Shown here: piece by piece, positions 7,875 to 18,937 of the stretch | Position numbering within the stretch: the first letter of the stretch is position 1 | Layout of the letters: every line of letters starts with the position of its first letter | Origin: Myxococcota bacterium | Lineage (GTDB): Bacteria > Myxococcota_A > SURF-8 > G963663525 | Assembly: GCA_963676915.2 (NCBI GenBank) | Contig: CAXXVK010000013.1 | Span: 1-64,000, forward strand | Length of the DNA: 64,000 nucleotides | Direction of reading: 5' to 3' | Made by a program: the position numbers and the translations under genes | Notes under the pieces: generated by a model | The model's input: the letters and a program-made list of their open reading frames with translations, nothing else | What the model was told of the DNA's origin: nothing | Databases searched by the model: none

Positions 7875-10679
7875 ATGCATGTCTGGCGTCCTATAACGTG
7901 CGTTTCTTTTTTGCTCCTTTTCTTTGGGATATCCGTAGGATATGCGGCTTCCGGGATCGAGCGACTTCCCTTGGTCGAGCAATCCGACATCGAAATTACC
8001 GGTGCTCCATACTATGTGGAAAACCTCACGACAGGTACCCCGCTGACCGATTTGGCGAGTCATGCCGGCGTAAAAGCCACCTGTACCGCTGACCGAGAGC
8101 AGCATTCGCACAACGACGTCTCCGCTTCCCACCTGCTCAATCAGGCGCATTATGCCGCTTGGGCGCGTTCAGGTTTGCAACGACAGTGGGACCAGAGTTA
8201 TGTACGAATCAATACGGACAAAGCGATCGAACCCGAGTCTCGCACGGTGGCGTTTCAGTCCTGGGGCTGGCATGAAGCGGTTGAGTTCGAAGACGCCGTC
8301 AGGGCCGAAGCCGATGTGTTTTTCGTCGATACGGACGTGCTGGCGTGGCGGATTGTCGTGCAAAACTCGGGACTTCTACCCACGGATTATTCTCTGACCC
8401 TCGTGTTTTTCCGGGACGATGACGGTAACCTGGAGTCCCGTTATCCAGATTCCAGCAGCGTGGATCATTGCGAACTGGCCGATCTCGGCGACACGTCTTT
8501 GTTGCTCGATTGCGGCGACGATCCCGACGGATTGCGCGAGCGGCATTTTCTACGACGTGTAGGACTGGTCGGCCCCGAGGGAATGGGAATCGATAAAGTG
8601 GAAGCGGATTCCAACGAAGGTGTCGTGCGTGTGGCTACGCAATCGTTCAACGTCGCTTCCGGTGGAAGGCAGGAAATCACCTTTTTCCTCGTTTACGATG
8701 CGTATGTGGAGGAAGGTGGGGCAGGTGAAACCGAACGTGAGCGCAGTGAAAGCGTACTGACCGAAACCATGCAGACGTACGTCAAAGGGAGCGATTCAGC
8801 GCTGAAAGCCGCTAAAAAGCGTTGGACCGAATTGGAAACGCAGTTGGCGGGAGTTCACCTGGATTCCGGTGAGGAAAATACAAACTACGATCGGGATCGC
8901 GGGATTGCCTCGTTGGCTCTGGCCTCGTTGGAAATGGGTAAGTATCGTCTGAATGACGACAGTCTCGCTTCTGTGCCTTCTAAAGGTTACGAAAGCTACA
9001 TCACGCCGGATGGCACGGCCTGGATGGCTTTGGGATTGGCCGAGTACGATCTCGATGCGGCCATGGAAATTTTGGACTACTTGGGACAGAGCCAGTGGAA
9101 CGAACCGCAGGGATTCGACGGTTTACTGCCGTATCTCATCGATGACATGGCTCAGGCGGCGGATCAAACCGCCACCGATCCGGCGACCGTCACACCGATG
9201 TTCTGCTGGGCGGCCTACCAACTGGCCATGGCCGGAGCCGCCGACAACGAAGACTGGATGGGGCGAGCCGTGGAAACCTGCCGTGGCGAGGTCGATTTTT
9301 GGCTGGGCGCTCGTGACGCCGAGTATGAAGACACCCCCGGCGGAAACGGTCTGTACGAATACGCTTCCGGCGTGGAAACCGGCTGGGGCGATAGCCCGAG
9401 GTTCGGCTGCGGTGATGGGTACGATCCCGAGTGCAGCGCCGGACAGGTCGGGGCGGTCGAAGCGCTCGACCTCAACTGCTGGCTGGCTTTGGAACTCGAA
9501 GCTCTGGCCGGATTGCACGACCTTGATGGGGACCAGTTCGAAGCGAGACGGCGACAGGGCGAGGCCGAGGATCTGGCGGATGTGATCGAAAGCGAACTAT
9601 GGGATCCTGTGACCCATGCATATTTTGACCGTAAAAAGGATAACAACAAGGTGTCGTTCGTGTCTGTATGGACTCCTGCGGTGGCATGGCCACTTTTCGC
9701 CGGGACCAGCCGGACGTTGGAACGAATCCAGTCCACAGTGGAGGCGTTGACCGATCCCGAGCGCTTGGGAGTTTCGACCGATACGCTTTCGAATAAGCTC
9801 TATGCGATTCCTTCGGTGGGATGGAATGAAAAAGAGTATGGACACTCACGGGATGGTAGTTGGATGAAAGGGCAGGTCGACCCTATTCATACTTTCGTTG
9901 CTGCCAAAGCGCTGTACCGATACGGGCGCGAACAAGAGGCGGAAGCCCTGAAACAATCCTTGTTGGATCTCGTGTTCGAAGCGAATCCGGGTGGTTTGCA
10001 CGCCGCTTACGATGGCCGAGAAGCTTTGGTCGGTTGGGGGCCGGGAACGGGTGCGGATCAGCAAAAAGAGGCCCGTTTCGGTTTGGGAGAACCGGCAGCG
10101 TTTCTTGCCGGGCCACAGGCCGCCGCCATTCTCGAACTGCTGTACGATAGACATCAGACGCACCGGGTACTGTCGTCCACCGACGATAGCGTTATGGGAT
10201 ACGTTCGTGAAGTTCGCAATATGAACGACGATCAACTACTGCTCGTCGAAACCACCGGTCGAGACGTTCCCCGGCTGCATTGGATGAACGACGATACGTC
10301 CGCGATCGAACGCGCGGTGTTTTGGAAGCTTTCCTTTAGCGATCCCTACGAAAATCTCGAATCGGATCAAACGGTTACCGTGACGCTTCCGACACTCGAT
10401 CCCGAATGGGAACATATCGTCAAGGTGGCCAAAGATGGCAGTGAGGAAACGGTTGAATCCATGGATGGTGACCAACTGCGTTTTTCCTTTACGCCTGCCG
10501 AGTTGGAGAGCATCGATTACTATCGTATCGACCGAGGACGTCTGCCGTATCCCTTCGTAGGTGTCGGAAGCGGTTGCTCGCAGCAATTCGGTCCAACCAG
10601 CCAATCGCTATTGTTCGGTATGATGCTGTTGGCGCTGATATTGATCGTGCGGGGTGGCTTCCTCAATCGAAGGCGTTAG
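7875..10679 (+). CDS. Secreted GH63/MGH1-like (alpha/alpha)6 glycoside hydrolase-fold protein with C-terminal GC-TM-RRR sorting tail
   Basis: GGAGG RBS; signal peptide; ETGWGDSPRF, ALDLNCWL, LWDPVTHAYFD motifs; tail GSGCSQQ...TM...NRRR. Confidence 0.75.
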   Translation: MHVWRPITCVSFLLLFFGISVGYAASGIERLPLVEQSDIEITGAPYYVENLTTGTPLTDLASHAGVKATCTADREQHSHNDVSASHLLNQAHYAAWARSGLQRQWDQSYVRINTDKAIEPESRTVAFQSWGWHEAVEFEDAVRAEADVFFVDTDVLAWRIVVQNSGLLPTDYSLTLVFFRDDDGNLESRYPDSSSVDHCELADLGDTSLLLDCGDDPDGLRERHFLRRVGLVGPEGMGIDKVEADSNEGVVRVATQSFNVASGGRQEITFFLVYDAYVEEGGAGETERERSESVLTETMQTYVKGSDSALKAAKKRWTELETQLAGVHLDSGEENTNYDRDRGIASLALASLEMGKYRLNDDSLASVPSKGYESYITPDGTAWMALGLAEYDLDAAMEILDYLGQSQWNEPQGFDGLLPYLIDDMAQAADQTATDPATVTPMFCWAAYQLAMAGAADNEDWMGRAVETCRGEVDFWLGARDAEYEDTPGGNGLYEYASGVETGWGDSPRFGCGDGYDPECSAGQVGAVEALDLNCWLALELEALAGLHDLDGDQFEARRRQGEAEDLADVIESELWDPVTHAYFDRKKDNNKVSFVSVWTPAVAWPLFAGTSRTLERIQSTVEALTDPERLGVSTDTLSNKLYAIPSVGWNEKEYGHSRDGSWMKGQVDPIHTFVAAKALYRYGREQEAEALKQSLLDLVFEANPGGLHAAYDGREALVGWGPGTGADQQKEARFGLGEPAAFLAGPQAAAILELLYDRHQTHRVLSSTDDSVMGYVREVRNMNDDQLLLVETTGRDVPRLHWMNDDTSAIERAVFWKLSFSDPYENLESDQTVTVTLPTLDPEWEHIVKVAKDGSEETVESMDGDQLRFSFTPAELESIDYYRIDRGRLPYPFVGVGSGCSQQFGPTSQSLLFGMMLLALILIVRGGFLNRRR

Positions 10680-10746
10680 TCGATTGTGGTAAGGCAGAAT
10701 GGCCTTGCCACTGAAAGTCCACCTACAGGCCGGGTTATTCCGCGTC

Positions 10747-10782
10747 CGAAATCCTCGGTCGGTATTTTTAGGATGACTTCTA
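10747..10782. repeat. 36-bp dispersed repeat (solo end of the 55.7-kb MITE-like element)
   Basis: 35/36 identical to 55820-55855; its last bases form the TAG stop of the minus-strand oxidoreductase. Confidence 0.75.
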
Positions 10783-12315
10783 ATCGATCCGTACTTCCTG
10801 CCGTGCCAGCTCGCTTTGAATCTTTTCGATGCTCAATTCCCGGCAGGTACAGCCCTCTTTCAAAGACAGCGCGGCAGCTACTCCGGCTCCTTGTCCTGTC
10901 ACCATGCAACATCCCATTTGACGAACCGCGCCATGCGAAATCCGGTCTCCCGATACGCAGCGTCCGGCCACCAGCAGATTTTCGACGTTTTTAGGTACCG
11001 TGATTCGGTAAGGTACCTGAAAATACCGACCGGTTGTCGGTAGGCATAAAACGCCGTAACCATCTATAAATTCAGGGAAAATTCCAATGCTATCCTCAAA
11101 GGTCCGTTCGTTCATCACGTCGTATTCGGTGATGGAGTACTCTCCGTCGATTTTTCGGGATTCTCTACATCCAAGAGAAGCTCCGATCATGCTCAACTCG
11201 GCGTTTTCAAACCCTGGTACTCGTTTTTTGAGAACTTCCATTGCCATCGGGATTCGTCGACGGCCTTCCATCTCGGCCCTGGTAAGATCCAGTACGTCGG
11301 TTGGATCGACCCCGTACAAATGAATAGCATTGAGGGAAAGTACGTTGCCCGGAGCGGTAAACCCTCCTGGAAACGCCCGAATAACCACGTCGCTGGGGAT
11401 TTCCCCGGCTGCTGCGGCCTCTTCGAAAGCCCGGAAGATATGTGTGCTGAACATGTCTTTCTCTTTGCCGCAATCACGAGCCGTCCAGTCATCCATGGTG
11501 CGATCTTCAAGCGCGACATAAGCCATAAGCGCCATGAGATCCACGTTGGCGACCGAAAAATTGGTGGTTACTTCCATCAGGTTGTCTTTCGATGCCTTGG
11601 TGAAAGGCGCACCGCAAAACGCTGCAACATCAGCGTCGCCTGAGGCGTCGATCACTCGTTTGGCACGAATGGCTTGGCGACCTGATTTGCTTTCCGTAAT
11701 TACGCCAGCCACCGAGTCTCCCTCCATCAAGGCTCCAACCACGGAGCAATGCAGCAGTGGTTCAACCCCGGCATCCAACACCAGAGAATCCGCCACGATC
11801 TTGAACATCTCCGATTTCAGAATTTCATAGGTAGGCTCTCCATCGACGACAAGCCCATTTTCCTCGGCTTTTTGGAACAACATCTCCTGAATGCTGGGGT
11901 TATCTATCGCTTTTATGAGATCGATGCTGCCACCCATTTCTTTCGCTTTGGCTTCGATTTCGGAGCAGATCCCACCGGCTGAAACGGTTTCGGCGTACCT
12001 CCACCAGGTTATGGAACCCATGATCGATTGCGTAATCACTCCGCCATAATAGCCGTAGCGTTCCACCAGCATCGTTTCCGCTCCTGCACGGCTGGAAGCA
12101 ATGGCTGCGGCCAGTCCCGCCGGTCCGCCTCCCACGACTAGGACGTCCGTCTCGGCAAGCACTGGAAGATCTTTGGGACTAACGCAAGTATTGGATTCAA
12201 GGGATGAATTTCCATTGGCGGAGTCGGCGTCGGACGCACCGCAGCCAGCCATGGCACCACAACCCAAGGAGGCTGCAGTCAATCCCAGGAAATTGCGTCT
12301 AGACAGGTTTTTCAT
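10780..12315 (-). CDS. FAD-dependent oxidoreductase (FAD_oxidored type), Tat-exported, probable lipoprotein
   Basis: SRRNFLG twin-arginine signal, MAGC lipobox, DVLVVGGGPAG, IDASGDAD, RESR, NLLVAGRC; ATG at 12315 with GAGAGG RBS. Confidence 0.85.
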   Translation of the reverse strand: MKNLSRRNFLGLTAASLGCGAMAGCGASDADSANGNSSLESNTCVSPKDLPVLAETDVLVVGGGPAGLAAAIASSRAGAETMLVERYGYYGGVITQSIMGSITWWRYAETVSAGGICSEIEAKAKEMGGSIDLIKAIDNPSIQEMLFQKAEENGLVVDGEPTYEILKSEMFKIVADSLVLDAGVEPLLHCSVVGALMEGDSVAGVITESKSGRQAIRAKRVIDASGDADVAAFCGAPFTKASKDNLMEVTTNFSVANVDLMALMAYVALEDRTMDDWTARDCGKEKDMFSTHIFRAFEEAAAAGEIPSDVVIRAFPGGFTAPGNVLSLNAIHLYGVDPTDVLDLTRAEMEGRRRIPMAMEVLKKRVPGFENAELSMIGASLGCRESRKIDGEYSITEYDVMNERTFEDSIGIFPEFIDGYGVLCLPTTGRYFQVPYRITVPKNVENLLVAGRCVSGDRISHGAVRQMGCCMVTGQGAGVAAALSLKEGCTCRELSIEKIQSELARQEVRID

Positions 12316-12896
12316 GGTGTTCCTCTCATGTTGTTTGTGAACTGTACAATTAAACGTATAAATTTGTCTGTCAGCCACGTTTCATCAAGGCAATCGGCAT
12401 CGGTTTGAATATCTCGCCGAACATCTGCCGTTCAATAAAATATGTAGAAGAATATCAACTGCTTAACTGCTTATCCCAATGGCATCATTCATTGTCGAGT
12501 CGGCGGTTGCCAGTCCTCTGTTCTGTGGACCACCTGACGAGTCAGAATCCTGGTTGAGAACGAACCATACGGCTCGACGGGTTGAATCGTAGCATACTTT
12601 CGTTCTTGCTTAAGCTTTCATTCTCTTCTTTTTGCTCGATTTTTGCTGTAGCAGACAAAGATCCGACTCCCGCACACCCGGTAGACCCGTTTTCTGATGA
12701 TGAATTCCGTTTTAAACATCTCCGCTTCAGTCCGGTGATACACGAAACGCGGTTCGGAAGTGGAGTAGCTCGACATTTGGGAAGCACCGAAAAATGGATA
12801 GCTTTCGAGAAAAGCCCCCCCTTCTTGATTGATGTGTGCAGGGATCTGAAAACGTATGTTGAATTGGTCTGTTTTTTTTACAAGAACACGTTTCGG

Positions 12897-12960
12897 TTGA
12901 CATCGCTTGCTATTCATGCGATTGTTAAAACAACGTAACGCAACGTAAAATAACGCAACA
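12897..12960 (+). promoter_or_regulatory. Putative promoter (-35 TTGACA) followed by periodic YAACG direct repeats, candidate operator
   Basis: TTGACA at 12897-12902; CAACG TAACG CAACG TAAAA TAACG CAACA at 12931-12960. Confidence 0.45.
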
Positions 12961-13074
12961 TCGTATGATTTGTATCGCCGGGTTCTAGTGAATAGCCATC
13001 GTTTCATCGAAATGTATGAGGCGATATCATTTGCTTGTTTTCCTGAGTCATTTTTATTTTTGGAGCAAAGGAAA

Positions 13075-13632
13075 ATGTTAGGTGAGAAAGATATTATGGA
13101 TGCAGGTCAGGCTGCAAAGTTTCTAGGAGTGCACGTACAGACAATTCGTCGGCTGGCCAGGACGAACAGTATTCCCTGTTTCAAAGTTGGCCGGGAATGG
13201 CGGTTTCGAAAAGAAGCCCTTCTTCGCTGGGCGGATCAACAACACGTCCAGCTCAAGGACGATAACACCTGTCGTGTGCTGGTTATCGACGATCAGGAAG
13301 GCGTGCGCAAACTCTTGATCCGACAATTGACCAATCTAGGCTACTACACACTGGAGGCAACGGACGGAAAAGCCGGGTTGGAGTCGGTGAAGTGGGAAGT
13401 GCCGGATCTGATTTTTCTGGATCTGAAGATGTCGAAAATGAATGGACCGACATTTTTGAAAAAATTGAGAATAGATCACCCGGATCTTCCTGTCGTTATC
13501 GTGACCGGATATCCGGACAGCGAACTTATGCGGCAGGCCGCCGAATATCCTCCGATCCTGTTGTTACCAAAGCCGGTAATGTCCGAACAGATTGAACGGA
13601 CGATAAAACCCATTTTTAAAGGGAAGCGATAG
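13075..13632 (+). CDS. Response regulator with N-terminal excisionase-like (HTH_17) DNA-binding domain
   Basis: AAKFLGVHVQTIRRLA..IPCFKVGREWRF; receiver VIDD...PDLIFLD...KP. Confidence 0.9.
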   Translation: MLGEKDIMDAGQAAKFLGVHVQTIRRLARTNSIPCFKVGREWRFRKEALLRWADQQHVQLKDDNTCRVLVIDDQEGVRKLLIRQLTNLGYYTLEATDGKAGLESVKWEVPDLIFLDLKMSKMNGPTFLKKLRIDHPDLPVVIVTGYPDSELMRQAAEYPPILLLPKPVMSEQIERTIKPIFKGKR

Positions 13633-13636
13633 GCAA

Positions 13637-16600
13637 ATGAAGAAACCGAATGCCAATGCACTGCACGCCATCGTCAACCTTTTTGTCGATGGAATCCTGT
13701 TGATCGACGAACAAGGCGTCATACAGTTCGCCAATGCATCAGCAGTTGCAATGCTCGGCAGAGAATCGGAAGATCTCATCGGTTCACATTTCGAATGGCC
13801 TACAGTCAACAAACCTACTGAAATCACGGTGCCTTCAGAGTCGGGTGGGGTGACCCTCGAAATGCGGGCAAAGGAAATCACCTGGGAAGGCGAGTCGGCC
13901 AATCTGGTAAGCTTGCGTGATATCACCGAACAAAAAAATCAGGAAAACGAAATCCGGGCTCAAAAGGGGGTCTCTGAAAACCTGATCGAGGCGGCGCAGG
14001 CGATCATTTTGTTTCTGGACATGAAAGGCAAAATCGTCCGTTTCAACCCGTTTTTCGAAGAAGCGACCGGGTTTTCATTGGAGGAGGTTCAGGGCAAAGA
14101 TTGGTTCGATACCTTCATCCCGGAACATGAGCGGGAGCGGGTCCGCGACCTTTTTCATTTAGCCATTGATGACGCGCCAACAAAGGGCAACGTCAATGAG
14201 GTTTTGACGAAAGACGGCGGGACCATATTCATCGAGTGGCACGATAGGATTCTGAAGGATGGAGATGGAAAGGATATCGGTCTTTTGGCTATAGGCCACA
14301 ATATAACGGAAAAATTAGAATCCGATCGGGAGCTTTCCGAGAGCAATCTGAGGCTCCGTGAGGCCGTCAAAAGCGGAAACGTGGGGCTATGGGATTGGGA
14401 TCTGGAGACGAACACAGTACAGTATTCACCGGAATGGAAAAAACAGATTGGCTACGAAGAGCACGAAATAGGGGACGATTTCGCGGAGTGGGAAAGCCGG
14501 GTACATCCGGAAGATCTGAAAAAAGCCCTCGAAGTTGTCGATCGGGCGATTGCGAACCAATCCCAAAATTACAGGAATGAGTTTCGCTTCCGCCACAAAA
14601 ACGGTTCGTATCGATGGATTCTGGCTCAGGGATCGGTAGAGGTCAATGAAGACGGAAAACCGTTCCGGCTGATGGGATCGCATATCGATATCACACATCA
14701 AAAGGAAGCTGAGGCGAGATTAGAAGCGCAGTCCCAACAGCTTGTCGATGTTGGACGTATGGCGCAAGTCGGTGGCTGGGAATATGACGTCGAAACCGGG
14801 CAAGTGAAGTGGAGCAAGGTATGTCGTGAGATCCACGAAGTTCCGGAGGATTATGAACTTACATTGGATAAAGCCTTCGGTTTTTTTCCTGAATTCGATC
14901 AATCACGTCTCAAACAGGCATTCGATCAGGCGGTGCGTGAGGGGAAACCATATGATCTCATCATTCAATTCGTAACGCATAAAGGACGACATCTTTGGAC
15001 GCATACTCGTTGCAATCCAATCGTTGAAAATGGCAAAACCGTCAAATTGCTCGGCGCATTCCAGGACATCACCAAGCAGAAGGAAGCAGAGCTTGCACTG
15101 TTTGAAAACGAGAGATTGCTCAAACTGATTACAAACAATATGTTCGACTTGGTTTCTACCGCCAATCTGGAAGGAAAAGTCATTTACGCAAGCCCTTCTC
15201 ATAAAGCCATTTTGGGATACGAACCAGAATATCTTACTGGTAGAGATGTTACGGAATTCGTCCATCCGGAAGACCTGCCCCTCGTTTTGGAAAAGCTTCA
15301 AATAGTAGTTGAGAAGCATCAGCCTCAGTCGGTCGAACATAGATTGAAAACGGAGGACGGCGATTATATCTGGCTGGAATCCATGGGTAAACTTATCCAT
15401 GATGAAAATGGCAAGACTCAGGGAATGATTTTCAGCTCTCGGGATATCACGGAAAGAAAGAAACACGAACAGATTCTAAGACAGGAGAAAGACAAATCTC
15501 AGCACTATCTCGATATTGCTGGGGTGATATTGCTTGTCCTCGATAAAGAAGGCAGAATTTCCATGATCAACCGAAAAGGTTGTGAAGTTCTCCAATGCGA
15601 AGAAGGAGAGGCAATTGGAATAAACTGGTTCGATACGTTCATACCCGAATCGGAGAGAGCAACGATTAAAGGTGTCTTCAGCGAAATCATAAAAGGAAAT
15701 ATTTCGCCTTTCGAATCCATTGAAAAGCCAACGCTGACCAGAGAAGGCAACGAAAGAATCATTTCTTGGAATAACTCCGTTATACGCAATGAAAACGGTG
15801 AGATTTTCGGCACGTTGAGTTCCGGCGAAGATGTCACGGAGAAGATTGGTATCCATAGAAGACTTGTCGAAAGCGAGTCAAGATTGAAAGAAGCGCAACA
15901 GATTGCACTTCTTGGATATTGGGAATTGAATCTCGACACCATGATTCCGGTCTGGTCCGAGGAGATTTTCAATATTTTCGGTCTCGATCCCAATGTTGGC
16001 GAACCGACGTTCGCCATGCATGAAAAGGTAACTCATGTGGATGATTGGCCGATCTTGAATCACGCGGTCTTGCGTGCAATCGAAATCGGAGAGCCGTTTG
16101 ACATCGAATTCAGAATTCTACGTCCTGATGGCAAAATCCGCTGGATGAACGCCATCGGTAATGTCACAAAAAATGTCAACAAAGAAGTCAGGCGCGTTTT
16201 TGGAACGGCTCAGGATGTTACCGAACGCAAATTGGCGGAAATTGAAATCGACAAACTCGCCGATGTGGTGCGAAATATGCCAGTAGGGCTCCATATGTAT
16301 CATCTTGAGAATCCGGATGAAGCGACTTCGCTTCGGCTTATTGCAACCAATCCTACTGCAGAAGTTTTTACCGGGATTCCTGGAAGGGATCTCCTAGGAA
16401 AGAAGATCCTGGAAAATTTCCCCGCTATCGCGGAAAAAAGATTGCACGAAAAATACGTTGAAGTCATTCGAACCGGCCAAGTCTTTGAGATTGAAGATCT
16501 GCAGTATTCGGATGATAGACTGGTCGGTGCTTTCTCGGTGATTGCGATTCCGTTACCCGATCAATGCGTCGGAATATTATTTGAAAATATTACGGAAAAA

Positions 16601-18172
16601 ATTCAAGCGAAACAGGAAAAAGAACAATTGGAACAGCAATTTATCCAATCCCAGAAAATGGAATCCATTGGCCGCCTGGCGGGAGGCATCGCGCATGATT
16701 TCAACAACCTGCTGACCGCAATTCAAGGGTATTCACAATTCATTTCCGACAGTCTCTATGACAACGATCCGATTAAAAAGGATATTACAGAAATACAAAA
16801 GGCTGCTGAAACGGCTTCATCACTAACCCGTCAACTGTTGGCATTTTCCAGAAAGCAGATTACCGACCCCATCGTTGTCAATCTGAATGATCAGTTGAAA
16901 AAAGCCTCGAATATGTTGAAAAGGCTGATTGGAGAGGACATTGAACTGGTGTTCACCCCAAATGTGAAGCTGGATCCTGTAAAAATAGATGCCGGTCAAG
17001 TCGATCAGATTCTCATGAATCTTGCTATCAATGCAAAACACGCCATGCCCAATGGTGGCAAGTTGACCATCGAAACGCAGAATGTGCTGCTTGAATCGGA
17101 GCAGGCGTTTGTACGAAAAGAAGATATCCACGGAGAGTTCGTTTTGCTAGCCGTAAGCGACACGGGCTGCGGCATCCCTCCCGATACCATCAAAGAAATT
17201 TTTGAACCGTTTTTCACGACAAAACCGCAAGGAGAAGGCACCGGGCTGGGTTTGTCAACGGTATATGGCATTGTCAAGCAGAACGGCGGCTATATTAGCG
17301 TCTATTCCGAACCGGAACAGGGCACCAGCTTCAAAATTTATTTGCCCAAAGTAAATGAAACCGTTGAGACGCGGGCAATTCCTAGAGACACTGGTGTTTA
17401 TAAAGGCGACGAAACCGTCCTGCTGGTGGAAGATCGAGATGTGGTCCGGAATCTGGTAAAACGCGTTTTGGAAAATTACGGCTACAAAGTGTTGTGGGCC
17501 AACGACGGAGAAGACGCCTTGCATGTTTGCACAAAAAACAAAGACGATATCGATCTCGTCCTTACGGATGTCGTCATGCCGAAAATGAGTGGCAAGGAAT
17601 TATATTTGGAGATCAGCAAAATAATTCCTGGTTTGAAAATTATTTACATGTCCGGCTATACGTCGAACGCCATTCAGCGTCACGGCGTGCTTGAGGAAGG
17701 AACGAACTTCATCCAGAAGCCGTTCAGACCGGAAGAACTTGCGAAAAAGGTACGGCAGGTGCTCGACTCGGATGAGGATATCGGTGAAGCGCATTCAGTG
17801 TTAGGGAAAACGGTGCTGTTTATTGATGACGACCTGGCCATGCTTGTACTTTTAAAACGGTACGCCAGGGAGAAGGATATCAACCTTTACACCGCCACAA
17901 CCGGCCAAGAAGGGATCGAGTTGTTCCAAAAACATTGGGATGAAATAGCCATGGTCTTCTGTGACGTCAATCTTCCCGATATCGAAGGAGGACTCGTTGC
18001 CGGAAAGTTGATGGATATCAACTCAAAGATTCCCATCGTCACGATATCCGGAGCGCCGCCGGAGGAAATCCGACGGAAGCAATCATCCCAAGAGAAATTG
18101 TTTGTCATGCAGAAGCCGACTCGCGATTTGAAGACGTGGTTTATTGACACGGTCAAGAAATTCAGTGCGTAG
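13637..18172 (+). CDS. Multi-PAS/PAC hybrid sensor histidine kinase with two receiver domains
   Basis: Repeated PAS/PAC (DITE, VHPED); H-box [13 protein letters not shown]; N, G1, F and G2 boxes; two C-terminal receivers. Confidence 0.95.
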   Translation: MKKPNANALHAIVNLFVDGILLIDEQGVIQFANASAVAMLGRESEDLIGSHFEWPTVNKPTEITVPSESGGVTLEMRAKEITWEGESANLVSLRDITEQKNQENEIRAQKGVSENLIEAAQAIILFLDMKGKIVRFNPFFEEATGFSLEEVQGKDWFDTFIPEHERERVRDLFHLAIDDAPTKGNVNEVLTKDGGTIFIEWHDRILKDGDGKDIGLLAIGHNITEKLESDRELSESNLRLREAVKSGNVGLWDWDLETNTVQYSPEWKKQIGYEEHEIGDDFAEWESRVHPEDLKKALEVVDRAIANQSQNYRNEFRFRHKNGSYRWILAQGSVEVNEDGKPFRLMGSHIDITHQKEAEARLEAQSQQLVDVGRMAQVGGWEYDVETGQVKWSKVCREIHEVPEDYELTLDKAFGFFPEFDQSRLKQAFDQAVREGKPYDLIIQFVTHKGRHLWTHTRCNPIVENGKTVKLLGAFQDITKQKEAELALFENERLLKLITNNMFDLVSTANLEGKVIYASPSHKAILGYEPEYLTGRDVTEFVHPEDLPLVLEKLQIVVEKHQPQSVEHRLKTEDGDYIWLESMGKLIHDENGKTQGMIFSSRDITERKKHEQILRQEKDKSQHYLDIAGVILLVLDKEGRISMINRKGCEVLQCEEGEAIGINWFDTFIPESERATIKGVFSEIIKGNISPFESIEKPTLTREGNERIISWNNSVIRNENGEIFGTLSSGEDVTEKIGIHRRLVESESRLKEAQQIALLGYWELNLDTMIPVWSEEIFNIFGLDPNVGEPTFAMHEKVTHVDDWPILNHAVLRAIEIGEPFDIEFRILRPDGKIRWMNAIGNVTKNVNKEVRRVFGTAQDVTERKLAEIEIDKLADVVRNMPVGLHMYHLENPDEATSLRLIATNPTAEVFTGIPGRDLLGKKILENFPAIAEKRLHEKYVEVIRTGQVFEIEDLQYSDDRLVGAFSVIAIPLPDQCVGILFENITEKIQAKQEKEQLEQQFIQSQKMESIGRLAGGIAHDFNNLLTAIQGYSQFISDSLYDNDPIKKDITEIQKAAETASSLTRQLLAFSRKQITDPIVVNLNDQLKKASNMLKRLIGEDIELVFTPNVKLDPVKIDAGQVDQILMNLAINAKHAMPNGGKLTIETQNVLLESEQAFVRKEDIHGEFVLLAVSDTGCGIPPDTIKEIFEPFFTTKPQGEGTGLGLSTVYGIVKQNGGYISVYSEPEQGTSFKIYLPKVNETVETRAIPRDTGVYKGDETVLLVEDRDVVRNLVKRVLENYGYKVLWANDGEDALHVCTKNKDDIDLVLTDVVMPKMSGKELYLEISKIIPGLKIIYMSGYTSNAIQRHGVLEEGTNFIQKPFRPEELAKKVRQVLDSDEDIGEAHSVLGKTVLFIDDDLAMLVLLKRYAREKDINLYTATTGQEGIELFQKHWDEIAMVFCDVNLPDIEGGLVAGKLMDINSKIPIVTISGAPPEEIRRKQSSQEKLFVMQKPTRDLKTWFIDTVKKFSA

Positions 18173-18207
18173 AGGATTCGTTTGCCTTCTACGAAAGGAT
18201 AATAGCA

Positions 18208-18930
18208 TTGAATGAAAAAAACAAAGTCGACACCAACACATTCGAGTCCCGATCTGCATTGGACGATAGGGGATCGCTGAAGTCGATTATATATAAACTC
18301 TCTCATGATCTCGGCGCTCCCGTTCGCCTCATCGACGGATTCAGCAAAGCTCTATATGAAGACTTGCCTCAAGACACAGACCCTCTTGTTTTGGAAGATC
18401 TTGGTCAGATTCGGAACGCCGTCGAGTCCATGTCGAAAATGATTGAAGGGTTGTTACGTTTTTCGAGAGGTTTGTCTACCGAGCTTTCGATTGTCGAAGT
18501 CGATCTGGCTGCAGTTGTTCAGGAAGTTGCGGCGGCGTTTCAACGATCCGATGAAAAACGCGAGGTGGAATTTCTTTGCGTCGATTCCGCCATCGTTCAG
18601 GCAGACCCTTTACAGATAAAGGTGGCCTTGGAATGCCTCATAGGCAATGCATGGAAATTTACGTCGAAATCTGCCAAAGCCTCTATAGAATTTGGGTCGT
18701 TCGAGGAAGATGGAAAGACCGTCTATTTTGTAAAAGACAACGGTGTCGGCATCGGACCGGAGGCCAAGGGAAAATTGTTCATGCCTTTTGAACGTTTTCA
18801 TAGCGTTTCGGAATTCGCAGGAGCTGGTATAGGGCTGGCGACCGCAAGACAGATCATATCTCGTCATGGAGGAAAAATATGGGCACGAAGCCGTGTGAAT
18901 GAGGGAACCGAACTGTTCTTTACCTTATGA
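18208..18930 (+). CDS. Sensor-less histidine kinase (HisKA + HATPase)
   Basis: SHDLGAP, GNAWKF, VKDNGVG, GAGIGLA; only ~30 aa precede the H-box. Confidence 0.85.
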   Translation: MNEKNKVDTNTFESRSALDDRGSLKSIIYKLSHDLGAPVRLIDGFSKALYEDLPQDTDPLVLEDLGQIRNAVESMSKMIEGLLRFSRGLSTELSIVEVDLAAVVQEVAAAFQRSDEKREVEFLCVDSAIVQADPLQIKVALECLIGNAWKFTSKSAKASIEFGSFEEDGKTVYFVKDNGVGIGPEAKGKLFMPFERFHSVSEFAGAGIGLATARQIISRHGGKIWARSRVNEGTELFFTL

Positions 18931-18937
18931 TGGTGAA

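Noticed and set aside
12400-12900. Short ORFs between the oxidoreductase and the signalling cluster
   Set aside because: No motifs, RBS or coding signal; treated as a divergent intergenic region
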